A stretch of 63,172 bases of DNA, counting the filler. It is 5 parts of 5 records of this genome, joined end to end, with 100 filler letters (N's around TTAATTAATTAA, not from the genome) between each part and the next. Parts side by side here need not be neighbours in the genome. Positions count along the whole stretch, not along the records: positions 1 to 15,512 come from SRR31156797_23026; 4 more parts are not named here. One strand, 5' to 3'. The notes under the pieces are model-generated. The model had not been told where the DNA came from. It searched no databases and saw only the letters and a program-made list of their open reading frames with translations. Of this stretch, positions 1 through 9,610 are shown piece by piece. Position numbers and translations under genes: made by a program. Every line of letters begins with the position of its first letter. Within the stretch, counting starts at the first letter, position 1.

Positions 1-1
1 A

Positions 2-64
2 AAACATGAGATCGAATTTCAGAAAGAAATGAGAAGACAGCAGAAAAGAAGAGCTTCAGCATAA
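2..64 (+). CDS. 3' end of an unidentified gene (partial, runs off window start)
   Basis: Manual translation KHEIEFQKEMRRQQKRRASA* ending TAA at 62-64, followed by a T-rich tract; too short to assign. Confidence 0.45.
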   Translation, partial: KHEIEFQKEMRRQQKRRASA

Positions 65-151
65 CCTTTTCCTTATATCATCGCAAAATTATCCAATGGC
101 AGGAAGGAACCTGCCAGTACATATCTTTTTGTTACTTATTGTTGTTTATAA

Positions 152-1588
152 TTACTTGTTCTGTAATTTGATACGCTGCCCAAGTATACAGTTTCCACCC
201 CTGTGACCACCCAATGGGTTAAAGGTCGTTCCAAGGGAATTCATACATCTTGCCATAACAGCTGCCCCACGTGCAAGGCCGTCATCAACAAAAACCACAT
301 GCTCTTCGATCTTATGGTTTATTCCGAGTTCATGCAGATATTTCAGGATAAGCTTTGGCTTGTTTCCGGTAATACCTGCCCTTCCGGTAACACCGATGGC
401 TGAGTCTTCAAAAACAAGACCTTCGTCCTGTGCCACCTTGATCAGACGCTGAACAACACGTGCCATGACCTCATCTATAACTGCAAAAAGGACCTTAACA
501 TTGTGCTTTTCGTATATCTCAGCACCAAGTTGTGCAAGCTTATCCATATCCGAGCCATTGTTACCTATATCGCAGCCTATCAACACTACATTGATCTCAT
601 CTGCTGCCTCGGAATTGACAGGTACACTTCCATACCTTGTGCGTCCTTTTGGAACTTTTTCAATGACGATATAATTCAAAATCTTCTCAGCGTATTCCTT
701 TATGACTTTGCTCTTAAGCTTCAGGGCAATACCGTCAAGCGACTTGCCATCGAAAATATCAAGTGCCGTACCTTTTTTAGAATCAACTGTACCTGTTCCC
801 TTGATGATGGCATCGGGAATAGCACCTGCGTAACCACAGAAGTTACCGATAGTCTTTGCATAGGGAAGATCGGGACTGATGATCCTGCCATCAAGGGTCG
901 TACCGAAGTCCATTGAGATGCATGGATTACGGAAATCAACATCAACCCACTTTGCACCCTCTTTGATACCAGCCGTTGCAAGTTCTCCTTCCATCTCGTT
1001 GGCAACGATCTCAACACCTGTGGAACCCACAGGAGGTGTCACACTTGCCACTGCACCATCGAAAATTACCTTCTCGAGCTTGGAATATTTCTGGAACCTG
1101 CCTGGAATGTTAGAGATGGACATTGGAGGAGTCATCCTGTTAGGTGGCACACCTGCCATAAGACAGCCATCTGCAAGTGCCTTGATAAACTCACCTACCT
1201 CTTCAGGAGAATCAAAGCCTGCAACAACACCGGTTGAGCGTACCACGAAATGGATATCGGTCTTGATGTCAAGGTTTGCATCTTTCACAACTCCCAGAAG
1301 GGTATCCTTTACAAGTTCACCAACAGACTCCCTTGTCAGTTCCACACCGTTCAATGTCTTTCCGAATACCTCTTCTCCCGGTTTTGGAGGTCGGACATCC
1401 CTTGTCATGCTCACTGACTTCTTAACGAGCCTGGTCTTGCCATCCTCAAGGTTCGTCGCAGTAAGGATGCATTTGGTAGTGGTGTTTCCAACTTCCACCG
1501 ACGCTACGATAAAATATGATTTTGATTTGTCTTTAAGATCAAGTAAACGGACAGAAGGACTTTCTGCAATTCTTGGTTTATGCGACAT
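152..1588 (-). CDS. Methanogenesis marker protein 14 (ASKHA/reactivase-like ATPase fold)
   Basis: 478 aa; VASVEVGNTTTKCILTATNL, SMDFGTTLDGR and VDDGLARGAAVMARCMNSLG motifs typical of this methanogen-specific family. Confidence 0.85.
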   Translation of the reverse strand: MSHKPRIAESPSVRLLDLKDKSKSYFIVASVEVGNTTTKCILTATNLEDGKTRLVKKSVSMTRDVRPPKPGEEVFGKTLNGVELTRESVGELVKDTLLGVVKDANLDIKTDIHFVVRSTGVVAGFDSPEEVGEFIKALADGCLMAGVPPNRMTPPMSISNIPGRFQKYSKLEKVIFDGAVASVTPPVGSTGVEIVANEMEGELATAGIKEGAKWVDVDFRNPCISMDFGTTLDGRIISPDLPYAKTIGNFCGYAGAIPDAIIKGTGTVDSKKGTALDIFDGKSLDGIALKLKSKVIKEYAEKILNYIVIEKVPKGRTRYGSVPVNSEAADEINVVLIGCDIGNNGSDMDKLAQLGAEIYEKHNVKVLFAVIDEVMARVVQRLIKVAQDEGLVFEDSAIGVTGRAGITGNKPKLILKYLHELGINHKIEEHVVFVDDGLARGAAVMARCMNSLGTTFNPLGGHRGGNCILGQRIKLQNK

Positions 1589-1606
1589 TTGTTTCCCTCA
1601 TCTAAT

Positions 1607-1999
1607 TCACATGTAAGGTTGAAGTTTCTGGATGATATTCTGTTTTGGCACAGCACCGATTAGCTTGTCAACGAATTCCCCATTCTTGAAGATGAGCATT
1701 GCAGGTATGCTGGTTATACCGAACTTGATAGCTGTCATTTTTTCGTCATCCACGTTCAGCTTGCTAAAGACGACCTTACCCTGCATCTCTGTTGCCAGTT
1801 CATCGAGGACCGGAGAGATCATACGGCATGGACCACACCAAGGGGCCCAGCAGTCAACAAGGACAAGAGGATATTTTGAAACTAACTCATCAAGCGACGC
1901 ATCGTTTATTACCACTGTACCTGATGGATATTGTTGTTGCTCAAGTGAATGCTGGAGTTCTTGCATCCTTTTTTGCCTGATCTCTTCTAATTCATCCAT
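1607..1999 (-). CDS. trxA: Thioredoxin with charged N-terminal helical extension
   Basis: WAPWCGPC active site and FGITSIPAM cis-Pro motif; N-terminal DELEEIRQKRMQELQ extension. Confidence 0.93.
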   Translation of the reverse strand: MDELEEIRQKRMQELQHSLEQQQYPSGTVVINDASLDELVSKYPLVLVDCWAPWCGPCRMISPVLDELATEMQGKVVFSKLNVDDEKMTAIKFGITSIPAMLIFKNGEFVDKLIGAVPKQNIIQKLQPYM

Positions 2000-2049
2000 T
2001 GATTCACCTTTTCAATTTAAGATTTATATTATGTTTAAAGATATTTAAC

Positions 2050-2077
2050 TGTGACATTATCTGATATGGATGTCACA
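2050..2077. promoter_or_regulatory. Inverted repeat, candidate operator in the trxA / mrr-like divergent intergenic region
   Basis: TGTGACAT-N12-ATGTCACA, directly upstream of a TTAAATA TATA-like box (minus strand, 2042-2048) for trxA. Confidence 0.4.
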
Positions 2078-2201
2078 TATTTTCTCAATATTCTACCACA
2101 ATACATTTAATTGTTTGCATGGTTATGTACTAACTGCACAATACCGAGTCCTTCCGGGAAAAAAGGATAAACTGCCAGATCAATAGATAAACAGGATAAA
2201 A

Positions 2202-3215
2202 ATGGCGAAATGGACACTTGAGGAACTGTTGCAAACCGACCCGCAGGATTTTGAGACACTACTTTCCGGACTTTTCTCTGGAATGGGATATAAAACAGAG
2301 CCCACCCAATACTCAAGGGACAGGGGCATAGACATAGTAATCAGCATTGAAAACTTCGGACTCTCACACACGTGGCTGGTACAGGCAAAGAGATACACAG
2401 GTTCTGTTGGTGTAAAAGAGGTCAGGGAATACAGCAGCCTTCGCTACAGGGATCGTGTGGACGGTGTTATCATTGTTACAACTTCCAGTTTCACAAAAGA
2501 AGCAATGCAGGAAGCAGAAGAACACAATGTGAAACTAATAGACGGAAATCTGCTCACAGGAATGCTCAATCATTATCTGCCAGACGGATCCACAGAACCT
2601 GGCAATCATCGGCAAGGATATTCCCCTGAAGAGATAGGCAACGGAGCTATCCTGAAAAATGGAGAAGAGATCATTGCCAGTGAAGTAGTAATGACAAGTA
2701 ACGGTAAATTCACTCTCAATATCACTAACAGAAACATATTCCTGAAAAAGGAGAGTTCAAGCCTTTTTTCAAAGAACTCCAACATAGAAGAAAGAATAGA
2801 GGTCAAAGATATAGTCGGACTTCATACCGAAGACAACAGAGCGATACTAATTACCGGAAAAAAGAAGCTTAAACTGTACACACTAAACTCTGGAAAGCTT
2901 CCTGAACTCATGGAGATATTCAACACCTTGCAGCCAGAATATCTAAGAGGTGAGCACCTCATCCTTTCCTCAAGGAATGGAACACAGCTCACTATACTCA
3001 CCAACAAACGCCTTGTTATCACGGATATTTCCGAAGGGATGGTTACAGAAATCCAGAACAAAAAAATAGTTGGTGTTGAGGTAACCGGTGGCTTCCTCAA
3101 AAAGGACCAGTTGCATGTACTGGAAGATTCGGATGTTGTAACAAAACACCAGTTAGACGTTGATGATCCTTCTAAATGGAGGGATAGTATAGGGCAATGC
3201 GTCAGAACTTCGTGA
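2202..3215 (+). CDS. Mrr-like restriction endonuclease domain fused to two bacterial PH-like domains
   Basis: N-terminal DFETLLSGLF..GY...DRGIDIV...LVQAKRY...V.VKEVRE...IIVTTSSFTKEA (Mrr_cat PD-(D/Q)xK signature); C-terminal two repeats of (L..GE.(I/L)I)...(L/I)TN(R/K)(N/R)(I/L)...I..K.IVG. Confidence 0.8.
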   Translation: MAKWTLEELLQTDPQDFETLLSGLFSGMGYKTEPTQYSRDRGIDIVISIENFGLSHTWLVQAKRYTGSVGVKEVREYSSLRYRDRVDGVIIVTTSSFTKEAMQEAEEHNVKLIDGNLLTGMLNHYLPDGSTEPGNHRQGYSPEEIGNGAILKNGEEIIASEVVMTSNGKFTLNITNRNIFLKKESSSLFSKNSNIEERIEVKDIVGLHTEDNRAILITGKKKLKLYTLNSGKLPELMEIFNTLQPEYLRGEHLILSSRNGTQLTILTNKRLVITDISEGMVTEIQNKKIVGVEVTGGFLKKDQLHVLEDSDVVTKHQLDVDDPSKWRDSIGQCVRTS

Positions 3216-3228
3216 AACCTTAGTGGAA

Positions 3229-3254
3229 CTTCACAAGCGTGAAGCCTATATAAG
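3229..3254 (+). promoter_or_regulatory. Palindrome plus TATA box upstream of copZ
   Basis: CTTCAC-AAGC-GTGAAG (3229-3244) abutting TATATAAG (3247-3254). Confidence 0.45.
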
Positions 3255-3290
3255 TAAGCAATCAAAAGAGTAAGTCAGGAGATCAAAATC

Positions 3291-3500
3291 ATGGTCACAG
3301 AAACAATTAAAATTGAAGGTATGATGTGTGGACACTGCCAGGAAAACGTGGAAAAATCCATTGCTGCAATTGATGGGGTCAGTGAAGTAAAGGTAGACCT
3401 TGAAGCAAAGCAGGCAACTGTCACATTCAACTCTTCCGTTGCAGACCTTGATGCTATCAAGGCAGCAGTAGCAGATGCAGGCTACACCGTTGTAGCCTGA
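3291..3500 (+). CDS. copZ: Copper chaperone (HMA domain)
   Basis: 69 aa, GMMCGHC metal-binding motif, directly upstream of a P1B ATPase. Confidence 0.92.
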   Translation: MVTETIKIEGMMCGHCQENVEKSIAAIDGVSEVKVDLEAKQATVTFNSSVADLDAIKAAVADAGYTVVA

Positions 3501-3543
3501 TGTATCGCAAATAGAACTATTCCCACTACTTTATTCCGACAAA

Positions 3544-6309
3544 ATGAAAGCAGATATCAAAGTTTATGGTATGACATGCATGCATTGTCACAAACGTGTC
3601 ACCGATGCCATATCAGCCCTGGAAAGTGTTAGCTCCATAGAGGTCAGTCTTGAAGATGAGAAAGCATCTGTGGACTTTAATGCTGACATCGTAAGTATTG
3701 AGGACATAAAGAAAGCAATCACTGACGCAGGGTATGAGGTTGGTGAAGATGCCTGCACCACACCCGGGGAAGGAGAAACTGCATGTCCTATCGTAATCGA
3801 GGATGTTAAACCTGAAGAAACAAAACCTGAACCCGGTTCTGTTGCGGAGATTGCCTTTAAGGTATCGGGTATGCAGTGCTCCGCATGTTCACAGAATGTC
3901 GAAAGGATACTGAAGAAACAGGAAGGTGTGATATCTGCTTCTGTGAACCTGCCAATGGAAAGGGCTGCCGTCAGTTATGACCCTGCTCTCATCAACCCCA
4001 AAGATATGGAAAAGGCCATTGATGCCATAGGATATCATGTTGTGAAGGACAGGGTGGTACTCGAAGTAGGCGGAATGAAATGCGCTGCCTGCTCACAGAA
4101 TGTTGAGAGGGTGCTAAGGAGACTTAAAGGAGTCAGTTCCGCTAACGTGAACATCAGCACCGGAAGAGCACAGGTTGAGTACAATTCCTCGCTTGTCTCG
4201 GTGGACGAGATGAGAAAGACCGTTGAAGGCATTGGATATTCTGCATCCCTGCCTGCTGACAGGAAGAAAACAGAGGACAGGGAAAGAAAGGAAAGGGAAC
4301 AAGAGATCAGACATCAGAGAAACAACCTGCTGATATCTGTCGCATTGCTGATCCCCATAATGCTCGGGAACATGAAAGGGATGTTCCCGGAATTGCTTGG
4401 ATTCACGCCTGATATCTTCTCGGACAGAAACGTTTTGTTTATACTCACTACCATAGTGATGCTCTTCCCGGGAAGGCAGTTCTTCGTCGGCACATACCGT
4501 GGCTTAAAACACGGTGTCACCGACATGAACCTGCTTATTGCCACCGGAACCGGTGCAGCCTATATCATCAGTATAGCTGCAAGTTATCTTGACCTGGGAC
4601 CGGGCTACGATCACCTGTACTATGATACTGCTGTGATGCTTATCACATTCATAACCCTTGGAAGATATCTGGAAGCAAGGGCCAAGGGACGTACGTCAGA
4701 ATCCATCAAGAAGCTCATAGGACTCCAGGCAAAGACAGCACGTATCGTCGTTGCCGGTGAAGAGAAGGAAGTACCTGTTGAAGATGTGCAGGTTGATGAT
4801 ATCGTCTTTGTAAGACCCGGAGAGAAGGTACCGGTGGATGGTATTGTCATCGAAGGCTCCTCTGCAATGGACGAGTCCATGATAACAGGCGAGAGCATAC
4901 CTGTGGAAAAGAACGTCAATGATATGGTGATCGGTTCCACCCTCAACAAGAGCGGAGCACTGAAGTTCAGGGCCACCAACGTTGGAGCGGATACAGCCCT
5001 TGCAAGAATAATCGAGCTTGTTGAGAACGCCCAGAACTCAAAGGCACCTATACAGAGGATCGCGGATGTCGTTGCAGGTCATTTCATCCTTGTGGTGCAC
5101 GTACTGGCACTTGTTGCATTCTTCTTCTGGTACTTCATAGGATACGAAAGATTTGACGTTGCAATCAATTCAGGAATAGCAAGTCCGTTCCTGTTCTCAC
5201 TGCTCATCTCCATCACCGTGCTTGTGATATCATGCCCCTGTGCCGTTGGACTTGCAACACCCGCCGCCATCATGGTGGGTACAGGCAAAGGTGCTGAGAA
5301 CGGTATACTCATCAAAGGCGGCGAAGCCCTTGAGAGGACCCTGAAAATAGACACGATCGTTTTCGACAAGACAGGAACCCTCACAAAAGGAAAGCCTGAA
5401 CTTACGGACATCATAATAACTGCCGGACACGACGAGGGCGAAGTGCTCGCCATCGCAGCCAGTGCTGAAAAAGGTTCCGAGCATCCTCTTGGAGAGGCCA
5501 TAGTGAAGGCTGCTGAAGAGAAGCAACTGGAACTAAGGAGTGTCGGGCATTTCAAGTCCATAGCAGGTCACGGTGTGGAAGCCACACTTGATGACAGCAG
5601 GATACTGCTCGGAACCCGCAAACTCATGGAAGACAATGATGTTGCCATATCCACAATCAATGCTGATATGGAACGACTTGAATCGGAAGGTAAGACTGCC
5701 ATGATAGTTGCAATGGACAGACAGACCATAGGTATTGTAGCTGTTGCGGATACCCTCAAAGATAACTCGAAGGAAGCTGTAGAAAAACTGCAGAACATGG
5801 GTATCGAGGTTGTGATGATTACCGGGGACAACCGCAGGACCGCAGATGCCATTGCCTCGCAACTTGGCATTAAGAGAGTGCTTTCAGAGGTACTTCCTGG
5901 AGATAAGGCATCCGAGATAAAAAAGCTTCAGGAAGAGGGCAGGATAGTTGCAATGGTGGGAGATGGCATCAACGATGCACCTGCACTCACGCAAGCCGAC
6001 ATCGGTATCGCCATGGGCGCAGGTACCGACGTTGCAATGGAATCAGCACAGATAGTCCTGATCAAGAACGACCTGAGGGACGTGCTGGCATCTATCAGAC
6101 TAAGCCGTCTGACAATGAACAAGATTAAACAGAACCTGTTCTGGGCATTCGGTTACAACAGTATCGGAATACCACTGGCAGCAGGAATACTGTATCCGTT
6201 CATCACAAAGATAGTGATCAGTCCGGAACTTGCAGCGGCTTTTATGGCGCTGAGTTCCATATCTGTAACAACCAATTCACTGCTAATGAAGAGAAGTAGG
6301 ATCAAATAA
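3544..6309 (+). CDS. copA: Cu(I)-exporting P1B-type ATPase with three N-terminal HMA domains
   Basis: GMTCMHC, GMQCSAC, GMKCAAC; TGES, CPC, DKTGT, SEHP and GDGINDAP motifs; YN and MxxSS transmembrane motifs. Confidence 0.96.
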   Translation: MKADIKVYGMTCMHCHKRVTDAISALESVSSIEVSLEDEKASVDFNADIVSIEDIKKAITDAGYEVGEDACTTPGEGETACPIVIEDVKPEETKPEPGSVAEIAFKVSGMQCSACSQNVERILKKQEGVISASVNLPMERAAVSYDPALINPKDMEKAIDAIGYHVVKDRVVLEVGGMKCAACSQNVERVLRRLKGVSSANVNISTGRAQVEYNSSLVSVDEMRKTVEGIGYSASLPADRKKTEDRERKEREQEIRHQRNNLLISVALLIPIMLGNMKGMFPELLGFTPDIFSDRNVLFILTTIVMLFPGRQFFVGTYRGLKHGVTDMNLLIATGTGAAYIISIAASYLDLGPGYDHLYYDTAVMLITFITLGRYLEARAKGRTSESIKKLIGLQAKTARIVVAGEEKEVPVEDVQVDDIVFVRPGEKVPVDGIVIEGSSAMDESMITGESIPVEKNVNDMVIGSTLNKSGALKFRATNVGADTALARIIELVENAQNSKAPIQRIADVVAGHFILVVHVLALVAFFFWYFIGYERFDVAINSGIASPFLFSLLISITVLVISCPCAVGLATPAAIMVGTGKGAENGILIKGGEALERTLKIDTIVFDKTGTLTKGKPELTDIIITAGHDEGEVLAIAASAEKGSEHPLGEAIVKAAEEKQLELRSVGHFKSIAGHGVEATLDDSRILLGTRKLMEDNDVAISTINADMERLESEGKTAMIVAMDRQTIGIVAVADTLKDNSKEAVEKLQNMGIEVVMITGDNRRTADAIASQLGIKRVLSEVLPGDKASEIKKLQEEGRIVAMVGDGINDAPALTQADIGIAMGAGTDVAMESAQIVLIKNDLRDVLASIRLSRLTMNKIKQNLFWAFGYNSIGIPLAAGILYPFITKIVISPELAAAFMALSSISVTTNSLLMKRSRIK

Positions 6310-6323
6310 AGGGGACTATAATT

Positions 6324-6554
6324 ATGGACAATATATCGCATAATAAAGGAAAATACGCACTTATTGCAAGCGTGCTTTCCTCACTTCTACTGGTTTTCAT
6401 CTTTGCAACGCTTTCCTTTGCAGTGAACAGTTTACGGACAGTGCCGCTTTACACTCAGGTAGACATAATTGCCGGAATGATCTTTGTGTTCATCCTGAGT
6501 ATGATAGTAGCAGCTTCGGTTTGGCCAGGGATTATTGAGAAAAGGATGCACTGA
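6324..6554 (+). CDS. Small two-helix membrane protein, unknown function
   Basis: 76 aa, two hydrophobic segments, 14 bp after copA with a GGGGA RBS-like sequence. Confidence 0.7.
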   Translation: MDNISHNKGKYALIASVLSSLLLVFIFATLSFAVNSLRTVPLYTQVDIIAGMIFVFILSMIVAASVWPGIIEKRMH

Positions 6555-6572
6555 CTTACAGGATGTTTACGC

Positions 6573-7112
6573 ATGGACAATGACAGTACTAGAATCGAAA
6601 ATGATGAATTCACACTAAGGTTATGGGAAGAAAAAGATGCAAAAAGACTTGCAGTTATTGCTAACAACCGGAAGGTAATTGATAATTTAAGAGACGGGAT
6701 TCCCCATCCATATTCCATTAACGATGCTAAACAGTTTATTTCCCTTGCCAGACAGAATTACCGCGCTTCAAAACTATTTGCTATCGAAATTGAAGGTGTG
6801 GTTGCAGGTAGTATAGGTGCATTTATCAAAGATAATGTGCACCGCAAAAGTGCAGAAATGGGCTTTTACCTGGCTGAAGAGTACTGGGGAAAAGGAATAA
6901 TGACAAAAGTACTCAGATCTATGACGCAATACCTGTTTGACAACTTTAACATCATCAGGATCTATGCACAGCCATTTGCCAATAATATAGGCTCAAGAAG
7001 AGCCCTTGAGAAGGCAGGATTTCGGCTTGAAGGTATCCTGAGAAATAATGTAATCAAGAATAACGTTGTACAGGACGACTGCATATACGCTATTCTTAAA
7101 GATGAGTTTTAA
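6573..7112 (+). CDS. GNAT family N-acetyltransferase (RimJ/RimL-like)
   Basis: AEMGFYLAEEYWGKGIMT and NIGSRRALEKAGFRLEG motifs. Confidence 0.9.
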   Translation: MDNDSTRIENDEFTLRLWEEKDAKRLAVIANNRKVIDNLRDGIPHPYSINDAKQFISLARQNYRASKLFAIEIEGVVAGSIGAFIKDNVHRKSAEMGFYLAEEYWGKGIMTKVLRSMTQYLFDNFNIIRIYAQPFANNIGSRRALEKAGFRLEGILRNNVIKNNVVQDDCIYAILKDEF

Positions 7113-7133
7113 ACTAAGATTTAATTTTGAATA

Positions 7134-8114
7134 TTAGTCCAGATCCACGTGAGGATTGATGTCACAGCCAGTACATGGCAGGCACATTGTATCAAAAGTA
7201 TCTGCACGCAGGCCGTATTCATCCAGTTTTTCCTTCAGGAAACGGTTTAGATGCAGCAACCTTTCTGCAGATGGTCTTTCCACAGTTACTTCACCTTCAC
7301 GCAAAGGATGCTGTGCAGCTGCCCTGAGAATCGGCAGAACACCAATAGAGACAAGTTCTTCAATACCTTTCTCTGCAGACTCATCTGTTTCACCAAGACC
7401 GACTATGAAGTTTGAACATACCTTGTTCTTTCCGAATACCTTTACACCTTCTCGAAGTGAATCGAGCAGGAATTCGAGGTCCTGGTCAGGACACAGTTCA
7501 GCATGGAGTTTACGGTCCATTGTTTCAACGTTGTATTTGAGCTCGTCAGCACCTGCTGCCTTGAGCCTTCTGGTGGAATCCTCTGTAGGATAGACTGATA
7601 CACCGATAGGTATGTCATACTTTTCTCTTAGCCTTCGGATAAGTTCCTCAGCCCTGTCAACCTCTTTCTCTGCGGATACCTCTACACCGGAAGTAATGGA
7701 AATAGCTTTCATGCCGCCTGTTCCATTGGCATCTGCTATCATCCTGAGCATCTGTTCCATGCTTTTGACCTTACCTCCAAGTTTTGGGACCGGGCAGAAC
7801 TTACAATCGAAGACACACTGCTCGCACATGGTAATAAAAGCCTGATCGGGACAGTGGATCAGTTCCTCTTCGATGCTACCCCTTGCTATCTCTGTTCCAT
7901 TCTTCCTGATTACAAGTTCCCCGTCCTCCATCTTTGCTTCCAGTAGAGAGCTTTCCTTGACTGCAAGACGTACACGGTGACCTTCAGAGTTGAAAAAGAA
8001 AGCTACATTACCGGCTCCTGGACCGGCTGTAGGAATAGTTAACCAATGGATGAGAGAAGGGTCCATTTTCACTGACCCCACTGAGATGAGTTGTGCTTTA
8101 ATTTCTGGTTTCAT
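7134..8114 (-). CDS. Radical SAM protein (biotin/lipoate-synthase-like barrel), function unknown
   Basis: CVFDCKFC (CxxxCxxC), YNVET, SNFIVGLGET; extra C-terminal CLPCTGC. Confidence 0.88.
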   Translation of the reverse strand: MKPEIKAQLISVGSVKMDPSLIHWLTIPTAGPGAGNVAFFFNSEGHRVRLAVKESSLLEAKMEDGELVIRKNGTEIARGSIEEELIHCPDQAFITMCEQCVFDCKFCPVPKLGGKVKSMEQMLRMIADANGTGGMKAISITSGVEVSAEKEVDRAEELIRRLREKYDIPIGVSVYPTEDSTRRLKAAGADELKYNVETMDRKLHAELCPDQDLEFLLDSLREGVKVFGKNKVCSNFIVGLGETDESAEKGIEELVSIGVLPILRAAAQHPLREGEVTVERPSAERLLHLNRFLKEKLDEYGLRADTFDTMCLPCTGCDINPHVDLD

Positions 8115-8386
8115 GGGTGCTCCAATACCAAATGTGTGATCGTTTTTAGTAATGTATCTATACAGGTTATTTTTGCCTGGAATACTTTATTGTTTCCCCA
8201 GGTCATTCCAGAGTGATCAACAAGATCACCCTGTTTTTTCCTCCGCTACAGCTAGTATGTAGGCTACTTAAATTGAACAAATATTATGCATTGAACCTTA
8301 ATGATTATTTGGCCCAAATTTTATTTTATACTATGCGAACAATAGATCGTTTGTTAAAAGGACATCCGTGATCCTGGGAGAAAAAG

Positions 8387-9547
8387 ATGCCTATTGATCC
8401 TATATGTAAAAAGATAGTTCCCGAAACTACACCGTTTGATACGGAATACGGAGGAAAGACCTATCATTTTTGTTCTGACTGGTGCCAGGTCAAGTTTGAG
8501 CACCTTGAAAAAAGTGTGATCAGAATGAAGAGATCCATTCCTGAAAAAGAGCGTATAGCTTTTGGAAAACTCAGGAAGGACATAATTAAACCGGGAATTT
8601 GTACTTTATGTGGAGCCTGTTCAGCTACATGCGAATCTATTACTATCAAAAATGAACAGCCTACCCTTGTTGACAAGTGTACAGCATGTGGTGTTTGTTA
8701 TAATCAGTGCCCTCGAACCATAACAACTGAAGAAGGACTGGTTGGAAAAATGCGCAATGCATACAGAGCACGTTCAGCACTTCCTGAGATCAATGGACAG
8801 GATGGCGGAGTTGTGACCTCTATGCTGGCATATGCACTTGATGAAGGACTCATTGACTGTGCCATTGTCACAAAAAGGTCAGAGGAAGAGCCATGGAAAC
8901 CTGTACCTGTTATTGCACGCACATCTGAGGATCTGCTGGATTCATCCGGTAGTATGTATAGCCACAGTATGACAATGAATGCTCTGATGAGTGCTATCAA
9001 ACAGGGATGGAGAAGTATTGCCTTTGTGGGTCCTAGCTGCAATATCGATGCGGTCACCAAGATGCAGAAAAGCCCGTATGGATTCCTGAACCTGTTTATG
9101 AGGGCAAACATCCTGAAGCTGGGGCTGTTCTGCATGGATACTTTCTATTACGAAGGAATCAAGGAATTTGTGCAAAGCAAGGATATGCGTCTGGAAGATA
9201 TCGAATCCATGAAGATACGCAAGGGACAGTTCGAATTCCATACCAATGAAGAACTTAAGGTATACCCTCTCCATGAGCTTGATATGTACAGGAGCAGTTC
9301 ATGCAAGTTCTGCACGGACATGGCTTCAGAAAATGCCGACATTTCATTTGGAGGCGTAGGTACACCACAGGGATGGACTACTGTTCTTGCCCGCTCAGGT
9401 CTTGGATATGAATTATACAATGAAGCCGTAGATAATGGTTACATTGACTCACATCTCCTTGAAGAAAAAGAAATGAAGGGAGCCCTTAATCTTGCTAAGA
9501 TGAAGAAGATCCAGATGTATTCACTCAACCGCAGACAGAATATATAA
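8387..9547 (+). CDS. YHS/TRASH + 2[4Fe-4S] ferredoxin + coenzyme F420 hydrogenase/dehydrogenase beta (FrhB-family) protein
   Basis: DPIC...YHFCSDWC (YHS); CTLCGACSATC and CTACGVCYNQCP; GQDGGVVT, VGPSC, GLFC, CKFCTD, ADISFGGVG (FrhB). Confidence 0.88.
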   Translation: MPIDPICKKIVPETTPFDTEYGGKTYHFCSDWCQVKFEHLEKSVIRMKRSIPEKERIAFGKLRKDIIKPGICTLCGACSATCESITIKNEQPTLVDKCTACGVCYNQCPRTITTEEGLVGKMRNAYRARSALPEINGQDGGVVTSMLAYALDEGLIDCAIVTKRSEEEPWKPVPVIARTSEDLLDSSGSMYSHSMTMNALMSAIKQGWRSIAFVGPSCNIDAVTKMQKSPYGFLNLFMRANILKLGLFCMDTFYYEGIKEFVQSKDMRLEDIESMKIRKGQFEFHTNEELKVYPLHELDMYRSSSCKFCTDMASENADISFGGVGTPQGWTTVLARSGLGYELYNEAVDNGYIDSHLLEEKEMKGALNLAKMKKIQMYSLNRRQNI

Positions 9548-9570
9548 TCAAAAATTTATTTTATGAATTG

Positions 9571-9598
9571 TGCAACAACTTTTTATAATATTGTTGCA
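9571..9598. promoter_or_regulatory. Inverted repeat bracketing a TATA box upstream of the small membrane protein gene
   Basis: TGCAACAA-CTTTTTATAATA-TTGTTGCA. Confidence 0.45.
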
Positions 9599-9610
9599 AA
9601 ATATTAAACT

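Noticed and set aside
879-1616. 245-aa plus-strand ORF and other ORFs antisense to marker 14, copA and the radical SAM gene
   Set aside because: Shadow frames of well-supported genes, Ser/Thr/Pro-rich, with no motifs
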